DNA of 64,000 bases from Candidatus Eiseniibacteriota bacterium. GTDB taxonomy: Bacteria > Eisenbacteria > RBG-16-71-46 > JABDJR01. Within the stretch, counting starts at the first letter, position 1. Every line of letters starts with the position of its first letter. Shown piece after piece: positions 31,244 to 40,782 of this stretch. Where the stretch lies: positions 704,001 through 768,000 of the forward strand of contig CAVXKA010000002.1 in the NCBI GenBank assembly GCA_963762255.1, given 5' to 3'. The notes under the pieces are model-generated. The model saw only the letters and a list, made by a program, of their open reading frames with translations, made no database searches and was not told where the DNA came from. A program made the position numbers and the translations under genes.

Positions 31244-31510
31244 CTACGGCAAGAACTTCTCCGGGTGCGCCAGCTTCTCCGGCAGGTAGGTCTCGATCAC
31301 GTAGTTGAGCCCGTGCTTGGCCAGCGCCTGCTGCTCGGCGCGCACCCCCATGCGGATCAGCTGCTCGAGCGCCCGCTGCCACTCGCGTGGTGCTGGACGA
31401 ACGGGTCGTTCTTGAGCGCGTCCTGCGCGCGCTTGACGTCCACGTCCTTCAGCGGGTGCGTCGGCAGCTCGTAGTCGATGATGTCCTGCGGCGTGACGCC
31501 GAGGAACCGC
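31244..31510 (-). repeat. Right direct repeat (3' end of resident top6A)
   Basis: Matches 20903-21170 from the stop codon to AGGAACCGC. Confidence 0.95.
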
Positions 31511-32445
31511 GCCTGCGGCACGCAGAAGAACTCGTTCAGGTGCGCGGCGTTGCCCGAGCCGACCTTGAGCGTGCGGTAGATGTTCATGAAGCCGTAGGGG
31601 TCGCCGTCGACGAAGACGTAGACCGGGATCTTCTTCTCGTCGGCCAGCCGGCGGATGAAGCGCCGGCACGCGCGCGTCGGCACGCCGCCCATCGACACCA
31701 GGATGCAGTTGGCCTCGTGCCAGTAGTTGTGCTTGACCAGCCGCTGGAACATGCCGGCGGTCTCGATGACGAGGATGAACTTCGCCTTGGTCTCGAACTC
31801 GAGGTGCTCGACCGAGATCGGGATCGAATAGGCGCCGCTGCCGAACTTCGTGCAGTCGATGCGCAGCGTCTTGCCGGTGTCGCGGTCGCGGTCGATGACC
31901 ACGAGCTGGCCGGCCACCTCGCCGCCCTTCTCCTCGGGGATGAAGCCGAGCTGCTCGCGGTTCACCGCGAAGAGCGCCTCCACGTCGTCCATCACCGTGT
32001 CCGACTCCGGCTGCTCCTCGAAGCGCGCGTCGCCCCAGTTCTTGCTGACGTAGTACGCCTCTCGCTTGGTGGCGATGTCGTCCTGCTCGACCAGTTCCTT
32101 GGAGAGCGCCATCATCCGCAGCGTCTGCGCGAAGGTCTTGACCGTGTTGACGGTGAGCGTGCGCTCCTTGGACTTTCCCTTCATCTCGAAGTAGCCGCGC
32201 TGCACCGAGTACTTCACGTTGGCCAGCGCGCGCAGCGGAAGCCGCAGCGACGGCTTCTGCCGGGCGACGATATGGCGCTCGATCTGTCGCGCCTCGCTCT
32301 TGATGAGGGAGACGGTGTCCTTGACCGCGGAAGCGGGGGCGCCGGCACTGCGCCGAGGCACCTTCGGCTTCGCCTGCGCCGCCGCCTTCGCGGCCGCCGC
32401 CGAAGGCTTCTTCGTCCCCACCTTCGTGATCTTCTTCTTCGCCAC
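31244..32445 (-). CDS. top6A: DNA topoisomerase VI subunit A (1-nt frameshift near 31387)
   Basis: KREAYY catalytic Tyr region; QPESD; TOPRIM ILVIETAGMF and FVDGDPYG; the C-terminus continues in another frame to PEKFLP*. Confidence 0.92.
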
Positions 32446-32485
32446 TCCCCTGTCCTTCCGTGATCACCCGGGTGATCACCTGTCG

Positions 32486-33109
32486 CTAGTCCAACGTCCT
32501 CAACACCGCCCGCACCGGCGAGCTATCCGCTTCCATGAGCCGCAGCGGCAGCGCGATCAACTCGTACTCCCCGGCGTCCACGTCCGACAGATCCAGTCCT
32601 TCGAGATTGCGCATCCCGGTCTCGAGGAGCACGCGGTGCGTGGGCAGCTCCTTCGACTCGTAGGCGTCCACCGAGGGCGTGTCGATCCCCAAGAGCTTCA
32701 CCCCCATGCGCGCCAGCCGCCGCGCCAGCCCGGCATCGATCCACGCGAAGTCGGTGTTCCACTGCTCGAAATCGGGAAAGGTCCCCGTCTTGAAGAGCAC
32801 GCGCTCGGCGCCGTAGAGCTCGACGCCAAACAGCGACTCCTCGTCCACGACCCGCGCACCGGTGAGATCGACGACCCGGCACCGGCCGACGTAGGGCGAC
32901 AGATCCACCGCACCGATCGCATCGCCCGACACCGAGAAGTGCAGCGGGCCGTCGGCATGCGCCCCCAGATGCGGCGTCGACGTGAGAGATGCCACGTTGC
33001 TCAAGCCGCCCTGCTCCATGCGCGCCGCCCACGTGAGCCGGTACTCGGGGTCTCCCGGCCACACCGCAGTCCGCGCGGTGATCGGCGGCGAGATGTCGAT
33101 GAGCCGCAC
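32486..33109 (-). CDS. Cyclase family protein (kynurenine formamidase KynB-like)
   Basis: HLGAHAD, GIDTPSVD, LEGLDLS and ALPLRL..ADSSPVRA motifs. Confidence 0.88.
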   Translation of the reverse strand: MRLIDISPPITARTAVWPGDPEYRLTWAARMEQGGLSNVASLTSTPHLGAHADGPLHFSVSGDAIGAVDLSPYVGRCRVVDLTGARVVDEESLFGVELYGAERVLFKTGTFPDFEQWNTDFAWIDAGLARRLARMGVKLLGIDTPSVDAYESKELPTHRVLLETGMRNLEGLDLSDVDAGEYELIALPLRLMEADSSPVRAVLRTLD

Positions 33110-33116
33110 GACAGCC

Positions 33117-34808
33117 TCAGTCCATCTTCCGCGACCGCTCGAGCGTGTCGCGCAACGTGGTCACCACCCGCGCTTCCTCGGCGTCGCTCAGCGAGAGAAT
33201 TTCCTTCAGAGCGATCCCGATATGCGGGATGTACTTCTCGATGTAGGAGCGCTTGCGGTCCGCCTCTTTCTCGCGCAGGCCGCGGCGAATGTGCAGCGAG
33301 AGCCGCCGCCCGCACTCCTGGATCGCGAGCCGGATCTCCTTCATGATCTCCGGGTAGTGCGCGATCGCCTCCTTGGACTCGCTGGTGAACGGCACCCACA
33401 CGGAGGCGATGTGCACCATGAGCACGATCGGCCCGATCGGCAACGACCCCTTCGACTGCTGCACCTTGTAGCTGCGCCACGCGGTCGAGATCACGCCCTT
33501 GGTGACCGCGCACGCGCCCTGCTGATAGAGCAGCGGCACGCGGTTGGCGAAGCGATAGAGAACGATCGGCTCGTCCCCGGGCAGGTCCCCGCCGAACGCC
33601 AGCGCGACCTCCACCTGGAACGGGTTCCCGCGATAGACGGACGGACTGCGCGTCGAGGCGGTGTAGAAACTCGCCTTCACCTCCTGCTTGAGGCCCTCGA
33701 TCAGCAACTCCTCCCCGATCGGCGAGAGGCAGTTGGTGGGCGGGGCCATGAGCTTGGTCTGACCGATCGCGTGGAACAGCGCTTCGGCGTCCTTGTGCTG
33801 GACGGTCCGCGCCGAGGCGTTCTCGCGGATCTTGGCCGTGGCCAGGATCCCATCCGCGACCCGCGGACTTACGCGCGAGAACTCGCTGGTGAGGAAGCCC
33901 TTCACGTTGCGCGCCTTGGTGTCGGAGAGCATCTTCATGAGCATGCCGAGCTCGACGCCGTGCGGGTGCGGCTGGATCTCGAGCGGCTCCTTCGGCAATT
34001 GCGACGCCGCGCGCTCGTAGACGATCGCCGCTTCCTTGGGAGGGCGATAGCCGAGTCGCAGGTGCGGGTTGGCAAGCGCGGTCTGCTGGATGTAGGCATC
34101 CACCGAGCGCGGCCCCTTGCGGTAGGTCGCCTCCATCTCGATCTCTACTCGCGTGCCGTGCTCCACGCCGTCCCACTCCACCTCGCGGTCGGCGATGGTG
34201 ACCGGCGCGTTCTTGCGGGTGTCGATCCGGATTTCGAAATGGTGCGCGGGGCGGTTCTTCGCGGTCCGGCTCGTGATCACGATCGGTTTGCCGGTGGTGA
34301 GCTGGCCGTACATCCCCGCCGCGGAGATGCCGATCCCCTGCTGCCCGCGCGACTGGCGCAGGCGATGGAACTTGGATCCGTAGAGGAGCTGCCCGAAGAT
34401 GCGGGGTATCTGCTGCTGCACGATGCCGGGCCCGTTGTCCTGCACCGCGATCCGGAACCGCTCCTCGGCGAGCTGGTCGATCTCCACCTGGATGTCGGGG
34501 AGAATCCCCGCCTCTTCGCACGCGTCGAGCGAGTTGTCCACCGCCTCCTTGATCGCCGTCAACAGCGCCTTGGCGGGGTTGTCGAATCCGAGGAGGTGAC
34601 GGTTCTTGGAGAAGAACTCGCTCACCGAGATCTCGCGCTGCGCCTTGGCCATGCTCTGGGCCGTCGCCGGCGCCCGGGCGCCGCGCTTGCGGGCAGGGGT
34701 GCGCTCCTCGCGCTCGGGCGGCGCTTCCTCCTCCGCCACGGCCACCGACGCATCGGCGAAGAGGAGTTCCTCCTGCTCGATCTTCTTCTTGCGCGTCCGC
34801 TGCTTCAC
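33117..34808 (-). CDS. top6B: DNA topoisomerase VI subunit B
   Basis: GHKL motifs KEAVDNSLDACE, DNGPGI, YGSKF..QSRGQQGIG; PHPHG; RFANRVPL; VPFTSESKE. Confidence 0.95.
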   Translation of the reverse strand: MKQRTRKKKIEQEELLFADASVAVAEEEAPPEREERTPARKRGARAPATAQSMAKAQREISVSEFFSKNRHLLGFDNPAKALLTAIKEAVDNSLDACEEAGILPDIQVEIDQLAEERFRIAVQDNGPGIVQQQIPRIFGQLLYGSKFHRLRQSRGQQGIGISAAGMYGQLTTGKPIVITSRTAKNRPAHHFEIRIDTRKNAPVTIADREVEWDGVEHGTRVEIEMEATYRKGPRSVDAYIQQTALANPHLRLGYRPPKEAAIVYERAASQLPKEPLEIQPHPHGVELGMLMKMLSDTKARNVKGFLTSEFSRVSPRVADGILATAKIRENASARTVQHKDAEALFHAIGQTKLMAPPTNCLSPIGEELLIEGLKQEVKASFYTASTRSPSVYRGNPFQVEVALAFGGDLPGDEPIVLYRFANRVPLLYQQGACAVTKGVISTAWRSYKVQQSKGSLPIGPIVLMVHIASVWVPFTSESKEAIAHYPEIMKEIRLAIQECGRRLSLHIRRGLREKEADRKRSYIEKYIPHIGIALKEILSLSDAEEARVVTTLRDTLERSRKMD

Positions 34809-34809
34809 G

Positions 34810-35781
34810 TTAGAACCATCCCTTGCGGCGGAAGTAGGCCAGCATGATCCCCGCCAACACCAGCATGGCGCCCACCACGAACCACACGCCGAGCGGGTGG
34901 TGGAGACCGGGGAACCACTGGAAGTTCATCCCGAAGAACCCGGTGATGAGGCTCAGCGGCAGCATGATGGTGGCGATGATCGAGAGCACCTTCATGATTT
35001 CGTTGGTGCGGTTGGAGATGACGGTCATGTAGGTGTCCATCGCGGTGCCGATCATGTCGCGGTACGCGTCCAGCGAGTCGGCGATACGCAGCAGGTGATC
35101 GTGGATGTCCCGGTAGTAGTAGCGGGTTCCCTCCTGGACGATCGGGCAATCGCCGCGGGCGATCTGGTTCATGATCTCTCGCTGGGGTCCCGCCACCCGC
35201 CGCAGGGCCATGATCGTGCGCTTGAGATCGAGGATTTCCTTCAGCACGTCGCGAGTAGCTCCCTCGAAGAGCCGGTCCTCGATCCCGTCCATTTTCTCGT
35301 CGAGGCGCTGGAGCATATCGAAGTAGTAGTCCACCATGCGGTCGAGCACCGCGTGCAACACCACGTCGGGTCCCCGGTGAAGAATCTCGGGGTTCTTCTC
35401 CACGCGCTCCTGGACCTCGCGGATGGAGAAGAGGCGGTCGTAGCGAACCGTCACCAGGAAGGCTGCCCCCAGGAAGAGGTCCAGCTCCACCATCTCCAGG
35501 GGATCCTTCCCCTCGGCGAGGTTGAGCCCGTGGAAGGTCATGAAGATATAGTTGCCGTACTCGTCGATCTTGGGCCGCTGGATGTTGCTGTGGCAGTCTT
35601 CGATGGCCAGGGGATGGAAGTGGAACACTGCCTGGAGCGCTTCGTAGTCGGCCATCTCCGGTTCGAAGAGGTCGATCCACACCCGTGTCCCGGGATCCTC
35701 CATGAAGGGACCCAGCTCCCCCAGCGGGATGTCCGAAACCAGGGCTCCATCGCTCTTGAGCATCAGGATTGTCGTCGCCAC
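34810..35781 (-). CDS. corA: Magnesium/cobalt transporter CorA
   Basis: HPLAIED..QRPKID; GFFGMNF (GMN signature); two C-terminal TM helices; RRKGWF end. Confidence 0.93.
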   Translation of the reverse strand: MATTILMLKSDGALVSDIPLGELGPFMEDPGTRVWIDLFEPEMADYEALQAVFHFHPLAIEDCHSNIQRPKIDEYGNYIFMTFHGLNLAEGKDPLEMVELDLFLGAAFLVTVRYDRLFSIREVQERVEKNPEILHRGPDVVLHAVLDRMVDYYFDMLQRLDEKMDGIEDRLFEGATRDVLKEILDLKRTIMALRRVAGPQREIMNQIARGDCPIVQEGTRYYYRDIHDHLLRIADSLDAYRDMIGTAMDTYMTVISNRTNEIMKVLSIIATIMLPLSLITGFFGMNFQWFPGLHHPLGVWFVVGAMLVLAGIMLAYFRRKGWF

Positions 35782-35949
35782 GCTCTCGTCCTCATCCGCG
35801 CCTTCCGGCGCGCGTCAGCGCAAAGCCGGCGCCAGTCTAGCAGCGAGGGAGAGCGCGGCCAACCGGCCGCCCTCGAAGCGCCCTGCGGACGACGATTTCT
35901 GCGTCGCGATTTACCCCCACCGCAACGCTTGCTAGACTCTCCCGTTCCC

Positions 35950-37119
35950 ATGCGTCGCTTATCGCCGTCACGCCGGTCAGCCGTCACGCGGACGCTCGCC
36001 GTCGCCCTCATCGCCTGCGCCTTTTCGATCGCCGGACCGCGAGTCCCGGCCGGAGCGACACCGTCTTCCCTCCAGGAGGCGGTGGACGCGGCCTCCCCGG
36101 GGGATACCGTTTGGGTTGATCCCGGCGACTACCCGCGCACGATCACGGTGAACAAGGCGATCACCGTCCGCCCGCTGGGGGCCGCGGGTTCGGTGCGGCT
36201 GGCCGCCATCGAGGCCTCGCTGGCCAGCATCGAGCAAATCGTCTTCGATGGCGCGCTGGGCGATTGGAGCGGCACGCTGGCCGTTGCCGGGCCCTCGGCG
36301 ACGTTCACCGGCTGCCGATTCACCGGGAAGCTCAGAGGCGTTCACGTTCAACCCGGAGCCGAGAACGTCGTACTTCGCGATTGCGCCTTCGACGCACTCT
36401 TCGAGGCCATCGCGGTGGAGCCCGGCTTGGGCTCACTCCGGCTGGAGCGCGTCGAGGCCTCGGATGTGTCCTTCGGCCTTGCCGTACATGACACCCTGGT
36501 CTGCCCCCCGGGAGGCATCCGCGCTCCCGCCGCGCGCTGCGCGAGCGGAAACTGCGGCGAGGTGCGCGTGATCGATTCCCGTTTCACCGGGGGCGAACTG
36601 CAGGTCGACCTCCCGGGGGTCGTCCTCTTCACGTCCCAAGGCTCCGTTTTCGAGGGCGCGAAGACCGCCTTCCGCGCGCGGGGGGCGCGCCTCGAACTGG
36701 ACGACTGCGTGATCTCCGGCGTGCTCCAGAGCGGCACCGGCCTCCTCCTTCACTCCGTGTCGGGCTACCTGCGCCGGTGCGATATCAACTTCTGGAACAC
36801 CGCGCTGGAGGTCGGCGACGGGGACTGCGGGTACTACTCGGACCTCGTCGTCGGGGGGACCCTCGACGTGACCAACGACATCGACAACACGCGAGTCTGC
36901 GTGCGCCTCCTCCAGCCGGAGCCGATCCCCGCCGAAGCCAATTTCTGGGGGTCCACCAACTGCGCCGGCATCCTCGCGGCGATCCGTGGACAGACGGTGA
37001 CGGCCATCACCGACCGCGAGCATGGCATCCTGTACTTCTGCTCCACCCCGGTCGAGCGCTCGACCTGGGGCGGGATCAAGAGCCGCTACCGCGAGCCCGA
37101 CGGGAGGAACGCGCGGTGA
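35950..37119 (+). CDS. Secreted right-handed beta-helix protein with C-terminal STWGGIK motif
   Basis: Signal peptide; SLQEAVDAASPGDTVWVDPGDY helix cap; AEANFWG; ends TPVERSTWGGIKSRYR. Confidence 0.75.
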   Translation: MRRLSPSRRSAVTRTLAVALIACAFSIAGPRVPAGATPSSLQEAVDAASPGDTVWVDPGDYPRTITVNKAITVRPLGAAGSVRLAAIEASLASIEQIVFDGALGDWSGTLAVAGPSATFTGCRFTGKLRGVHVQPGAENVVLRDCAFDALFEAIAVEPGLGSLRLERVEASDVSFGLAVHDTLVCPPGGIRAPAARCASGNCGEVRVIDSRFTGGELQVDLPGVVLFTSQGSVFEGAKTAFRARGARLELDDCVISGVLQSGTGLLLHSVSGYLRRCDINFWNTALEVGDGDCGYYSDLVVGGTLDVTNDIDNTRVCVRLLQPEPIPAEANFWGSTNCAGILAAIRGQTVTAITDREHGILYFCSTPVERSTWGGIKSRYREPDGRNAR

Positions 37120-38861
37120 AGTCGCTCGGCCGCCTCCTTCCCTATCTCCTCCGCCACCGGCGCGCGCTGGACTGGGGCATGGTTGCGCTCTTCGTCTCCG
37201 ACGCCTTCCAGCTCGCCTCACCCTGGGTGTTCAAGTACGCCATCGACGGGCTCGGACGGGAGATGCATCGCTCCACGCTGCTGCTCTTCGCCGGAGCGCT
37301 CGTGGGCATGGCGCTGATCGGCGGCATCGCCCGCTACTTCATGCGCCGGCTGGTGATCGGGGCTTCGCGGGAGATGGAGTACGAGCTCAGGAACGACTTC
37401 TTCGCCAAGCTCACCACGCTGTCCTTCTCCTACTACAACCGCGTCCCCACAGGCGATCTCATGGCCCGCGCCACCAACGATCTCAACGCGGTTCGCATGG
37501 TGATGGGACCGGGCATCATGTACTCGGTCAACACCGCGGTGACGCTGGCCGCCGCGCTCACGCTCATGGTGATCCTGAGTTGGAAGCTCACGCTCATCTC
37601 CCTCATTCCACTGCCGCTCATCTCGTTCTTCATGTACCGGTTCGGGCGGGCCATCCACCGCCGCTTCGAGGAGGTGCAGGCTCAGTTCTCCACCATCACG
37701 TCCCGCGCCCAGGAGTACCTGGCCGGGGTCCGGGTGGTGAAGGCCTACGTGCAGGAGGAATCCGCCCGGCAGGACTTCCGCGACCGCAACCTGGAATACC
37801 TGGAAGGCAACATGCGGTTGGTGAAGATCAACGGGTTCTTCTCCCCCGTCATCGGGTTTCTCGCCGGCACCGGCACCGTGCTCGTACTGGGCTTCGGCGG
37901 GTGGCTCGTGATCGAGAAGGCGATCACCCTCGGCGATTTCGTCGCCTTCAACTCCTACCTGGTCATGCTCATCTGGCCGATGATCGCCCTGGGCTGGGTG
38001 GTCTCCATCTTCCAGCGCGGTGCCGCTTCGATGAAGCGCATCAACCAGATTCTCGACGAGGAGCCCGAGATCGCCGACCCCGAGGCCGGCGAGGCGCACC
38101 CGATCGCGGGCGAGATCGAATTGCGTGGCGTCCACTTCGAGTACGCCTCCCGCGCGGGGGTGGAAGTGCTGAAGGGCATCGACCTCCGGGTGCGGGCCGG
38201 CGAGACGGTGGCGATCGTGGGCCGCACCGGCTCCGGCAAGACCACCCTCGTGAACCTCGTGCCGCGCCTCTACGACCCGACGCAGGGTCAGGTGCTCCTG
38301 GACGGCGTGGACGTGCGGGACATTCCTCTGGACGCGCTGCGCGGCGCCGTCGGCTATGTCCCGCAGGAGACCCTGCTCTTCAGCCGCACGATCCGCGAGA
38401 ACATCGCGCTGGGTCGCCCCGACGCTTCCGATCCCGACGTGCGGCACATCGCCGAGCTGGCGCGCCTCGCCGAGGAGGTGGACGATTTCCCGTCGCGCTA
38501 CGAGACGATGGTGGGCGAGCGCGGGGTGACGCTGTCCGGAGGCCAGAAACAGCGCACCGCGATCGCGCGGGCGCTTCTGCGCAACCCGCGCATCCTCATC
38601 CTCGACGACGCCCTCGCCAGCGTGGACACCCGCACCGAGGAGGCGATCCTCGAAGGGCTCCGCGGCTTCATGCGCGACCGCACGACGCTCCTCGTCGCCC
38701 ATCGCGTGAGCACGGTGAAGCTCGCCGACCGCATCGTGGTCATCGAGGAGGGCGCCATCGCCGAGGAGGGCACCCACGAAGAACTGGTGGCCCGTGACGG
38801 AATCTACGCGGAGCTGGTGCAGCTCCAGCAACTCGAGCAGGAGCTGGAGGCGGCACAGTGA
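37116..38861 (+). CDS. ABC exporter half-transporter (MdlA-like)
   Basis: TM domain with TGDLMARATND; GRTGSGKT; LSGGQKQR; degenerate LILDD Walker B. Confidence 0.92.
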   Translation: MKSLGRLLPYLLRHRRALDWGMVALFVSDAFQLASPWVFKYAIDGLGREMHRSTLLLFAGALVGMALIGGIARYFMRRLVIGASREMEYELRNDFFAKLTTLSFSYYNRVPTGDLMARATNDLNAVRMVMGPGIMYSVNTAVTLAAALTLMVILSWKLTLISLIPLPLISFFMYRFGRAIHRRFEEVQAQFSTITSRAQEYLAGVRVVKAYVQEESARQDFRDRNLEYLEGNMRLVKINGFFSPVIGFLAGTGTVLVLGFGGWLVIEKAITLGDFVAFNSYLVMLIWPMIALGWVVSIFQRGAASMKRINQILDEEPEIADPEAGEAHPIAGEIELRGVHFEYASRAGVEVLKGIDLRVRAGETVAIVGRTGSGKTTLVNLVPRLYDPTQGQVLLDGVDVRDIPLDALRGAVGYVPQETLLFSRTIRENIALGRPDASDPDVRHIAELARLAEEVDDFPSRYETMVGERGVTLSGGQKQRTAIARALLRNPRILILDDALASVDTRTEEAILEGLRGFMRDRTTLLVAHRVSTVKLADRIVVIEEGAIAEEGTHEELVARDGIYAELVQLQQLEQELEAAQ

Positions 38862-40678
38862 GCGCCCACGAATTCCAGGAAGACGAGATCCTGGGCAAAG
38901 CGTTCGACGCCCGGCTCATGCGGCGGCTCCTGGTCTATCTGCGACCGCACCGGACTTCGGTCGTTCTCTCGATCGTGCTCCTCGTCATCACCGCCGCTCT
39001 CGAGCTGACCGGACCGTACCTGACCAAGATCGCCATCGACCGATACATCGCCGACGGCGACGTGCCGGGTCTGGTCCGCATCGCTCTCCTCTACTTCGTC
39101 ACGCTCATCCTGGCCCTCGGTCTCGGGTACGCCCAGGTCTACCTCATGCAGCGGGTCGGCCAGGAGATCATGGTCACGCTGCGGGACGAGATCTTCGGCC
39201 ACTTGCAGCGGCTCCACATCGGGTTCTTCGATCGCAATCCGGTGGGTCGCCTGCTCACCCGTCTCACCAGCGACGTGGACGCGCTGAACGAGATGTTCAC
39301 GAGCGGTGTGGTGGCGATCTTCGGCGACGTTTTCACGCTGCTGGGCATCATGGGCGTGCTCATGGTCATGGACTGGCGGCTCGCGCTGGTTTCCTTCGCC
39401 GTGCTCCCGCTCCTCTTCTGGCTGAGCATGTGGTTTCGTGACGGCGTGCGGGACAGCTACCGCCAGGTCCGCACCCGCCTCGCCCGGATCAACACCTTCC
39501 TCCAGGAGTCCATCACCGGTATGTCGGTGCTGCAGGTGATGAACCACGAGAAGCGTAGCCGCGCCGAGTTCGACGAGCTCAACCGCGACCACACCGAGGC
39601 GCACCTGCGGTCCATCTTCTACTACGCGACCTTCTACCCCGGCGTGGAAGTCTTCTCCGCGCTCGCCCTGGCCATGGTGATCTGGGTGGGAGGGGAACAG
39701 ATCCTCAAGGGCGCGTTCACCCTCGGCGGTCTGGTGGCCTTCATCCAGTACGTCCGCCGCTTCTATCGCCCGATCCAGGATCTGAGCGAGAAGTACAACA
39801 TCTTCCAGGGGGCGATGGCGGCGAGCGAGCGCATCTTCACGCTCCTCGATACGCCGCCGGCCATCGAGGATCCCGCGGGAGCGGTCGTTCCCCGATCCGA
39901 CGGAGCCGCGCCGATCATCGAATTCCGAAACGTCTGGTTCGCGTACCAGGGCGAGGACTGGGTGACCCGCGACGTCTCGTTCCGGGTCATGCGCGGCGAG
40001 TCGCTCGCGTTCGTGGGCGCCACCGGATCGGGCAAGACCACGATCATGAGCCTCCTCATGCGCTTCTACGACGTGCAGAAGGGGAAGATCCTGGTGGACG
40101 GTGTGGACGTGCGCAACTGGCCGCAGCACGATCTGCGCAAGCGCATGAGCCTCGTGCTCCAGGACGTGTACCTCTTCAGCGGCACCGTCGCCCGCAACAT
40201 TCGTATGGGGAACGAGAACATCACGGAGGACGACCTCCAGACCGCGGCCCGCTACGTCAATGCCGAAGGATTCATCCTGGGTCTCCCCGAACAATTCGAA
40301 ACGCCGCTCGGCGAGCGCGGCGCCTCGCTCTCCACCGGCCAGAAGCAGCTCCTGTCCTTCGCGCGGGCCCTGGCCAACGACCCCGAGATCCTGATCCTCG
40401 ACGAGGCCACCAGCAACGTGGACACCGAGACCGAGATCCTCATCCAGGAGGCGCTCTCGAAGCTGATGCTGGGGCGCACCTCGCTGGTGGTGGCACATCG
40501 CCTCTCCACCGTACGCAACGTGGACCGCATCCTCGTCATGCACAAGGGCACGATCCGCGAGGAGGGTACCCACCAGGAACTCCTCAAGCAGCGCGGGCTC
40601 TATTACCGGCTCTACCTGCTGCAGTACAAGGACCAGGAGGCGATGGGAGCGGCCCGCCCCGCCCCGTCGGGATCCTGA
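38858..40678 (+). CDS. ABC exporter half-transporter (MdlB-like heterodimer partner)
   Basis: GATGSGKT; LSTGQKQL; LILDEAT; GTGA coupling to the upstream gene. Confidence 0.92.
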   Translation: MSAHEFQEDEILGKAFDARLMRRLLVYLRPHRTSVVLSIVLLVITAALELTGPYLTKIAIDRYIADGDVPGLVRIALLYFVTLILALGLGYAQVYLMQRVGQEIMVTLRDEIFGHLQRLHIGFFDRNPVGRLLTRLTSDVDALNEMFTSGVVAIFGDVFTLLGIMGVLMVMDWRLALVSFAVLPLLFWLSMWFRDGVRDSYRQVRTRLARINTFLQESITGMSVLQVMNHEKRSRAEFDELNRDHTEAHLRSIFYYATFYPGVEVFSALALAMVIWVGGEQILKGAFTLGGLVAFIQYVRRFYRPIQDLSEKYNIFQGAMAASERIFTLLDTPPAIEDPAGAVVPRSDGAAPIIEFRNVWFAYQGEDWVTRDVSFRVMRGESLAFVGATGSGKTTIMSLLMRFYDVQKGKILVDGVDVRNWPQHDLRKRMSLVLQDVYLFSGTVARNIRMGNENITEDDLQTAARYVNAEGFILGLPEQFETPLGERGASLSTGQKQLLSFARALANDPEILILDEATSNVDTETEILIQEALSKLMLGRTSLVVAHRLSTVRNVDRILVMHKGTIREEGTHQELLKQRGLYYRLYLLQYKDQEAMGAARPAPSGS

Positions 40679-40782
40679 CCGTTTCCGCTATTGCCTGCCG
40701 CCCGGCTGCTTGATACCCTTTTGCGCCTTGTACCCGACCCCCGCTGTTCCAGCGCCCTGAGGCGCGACGGAAAGGACCCATC

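Noticed and set aside
34606-35949. N-terminal extension of the 837 aa ORF
   Set aside because: Overlaps corA/top6B on the opposite strand; the real start with signal peptide is near 35950.
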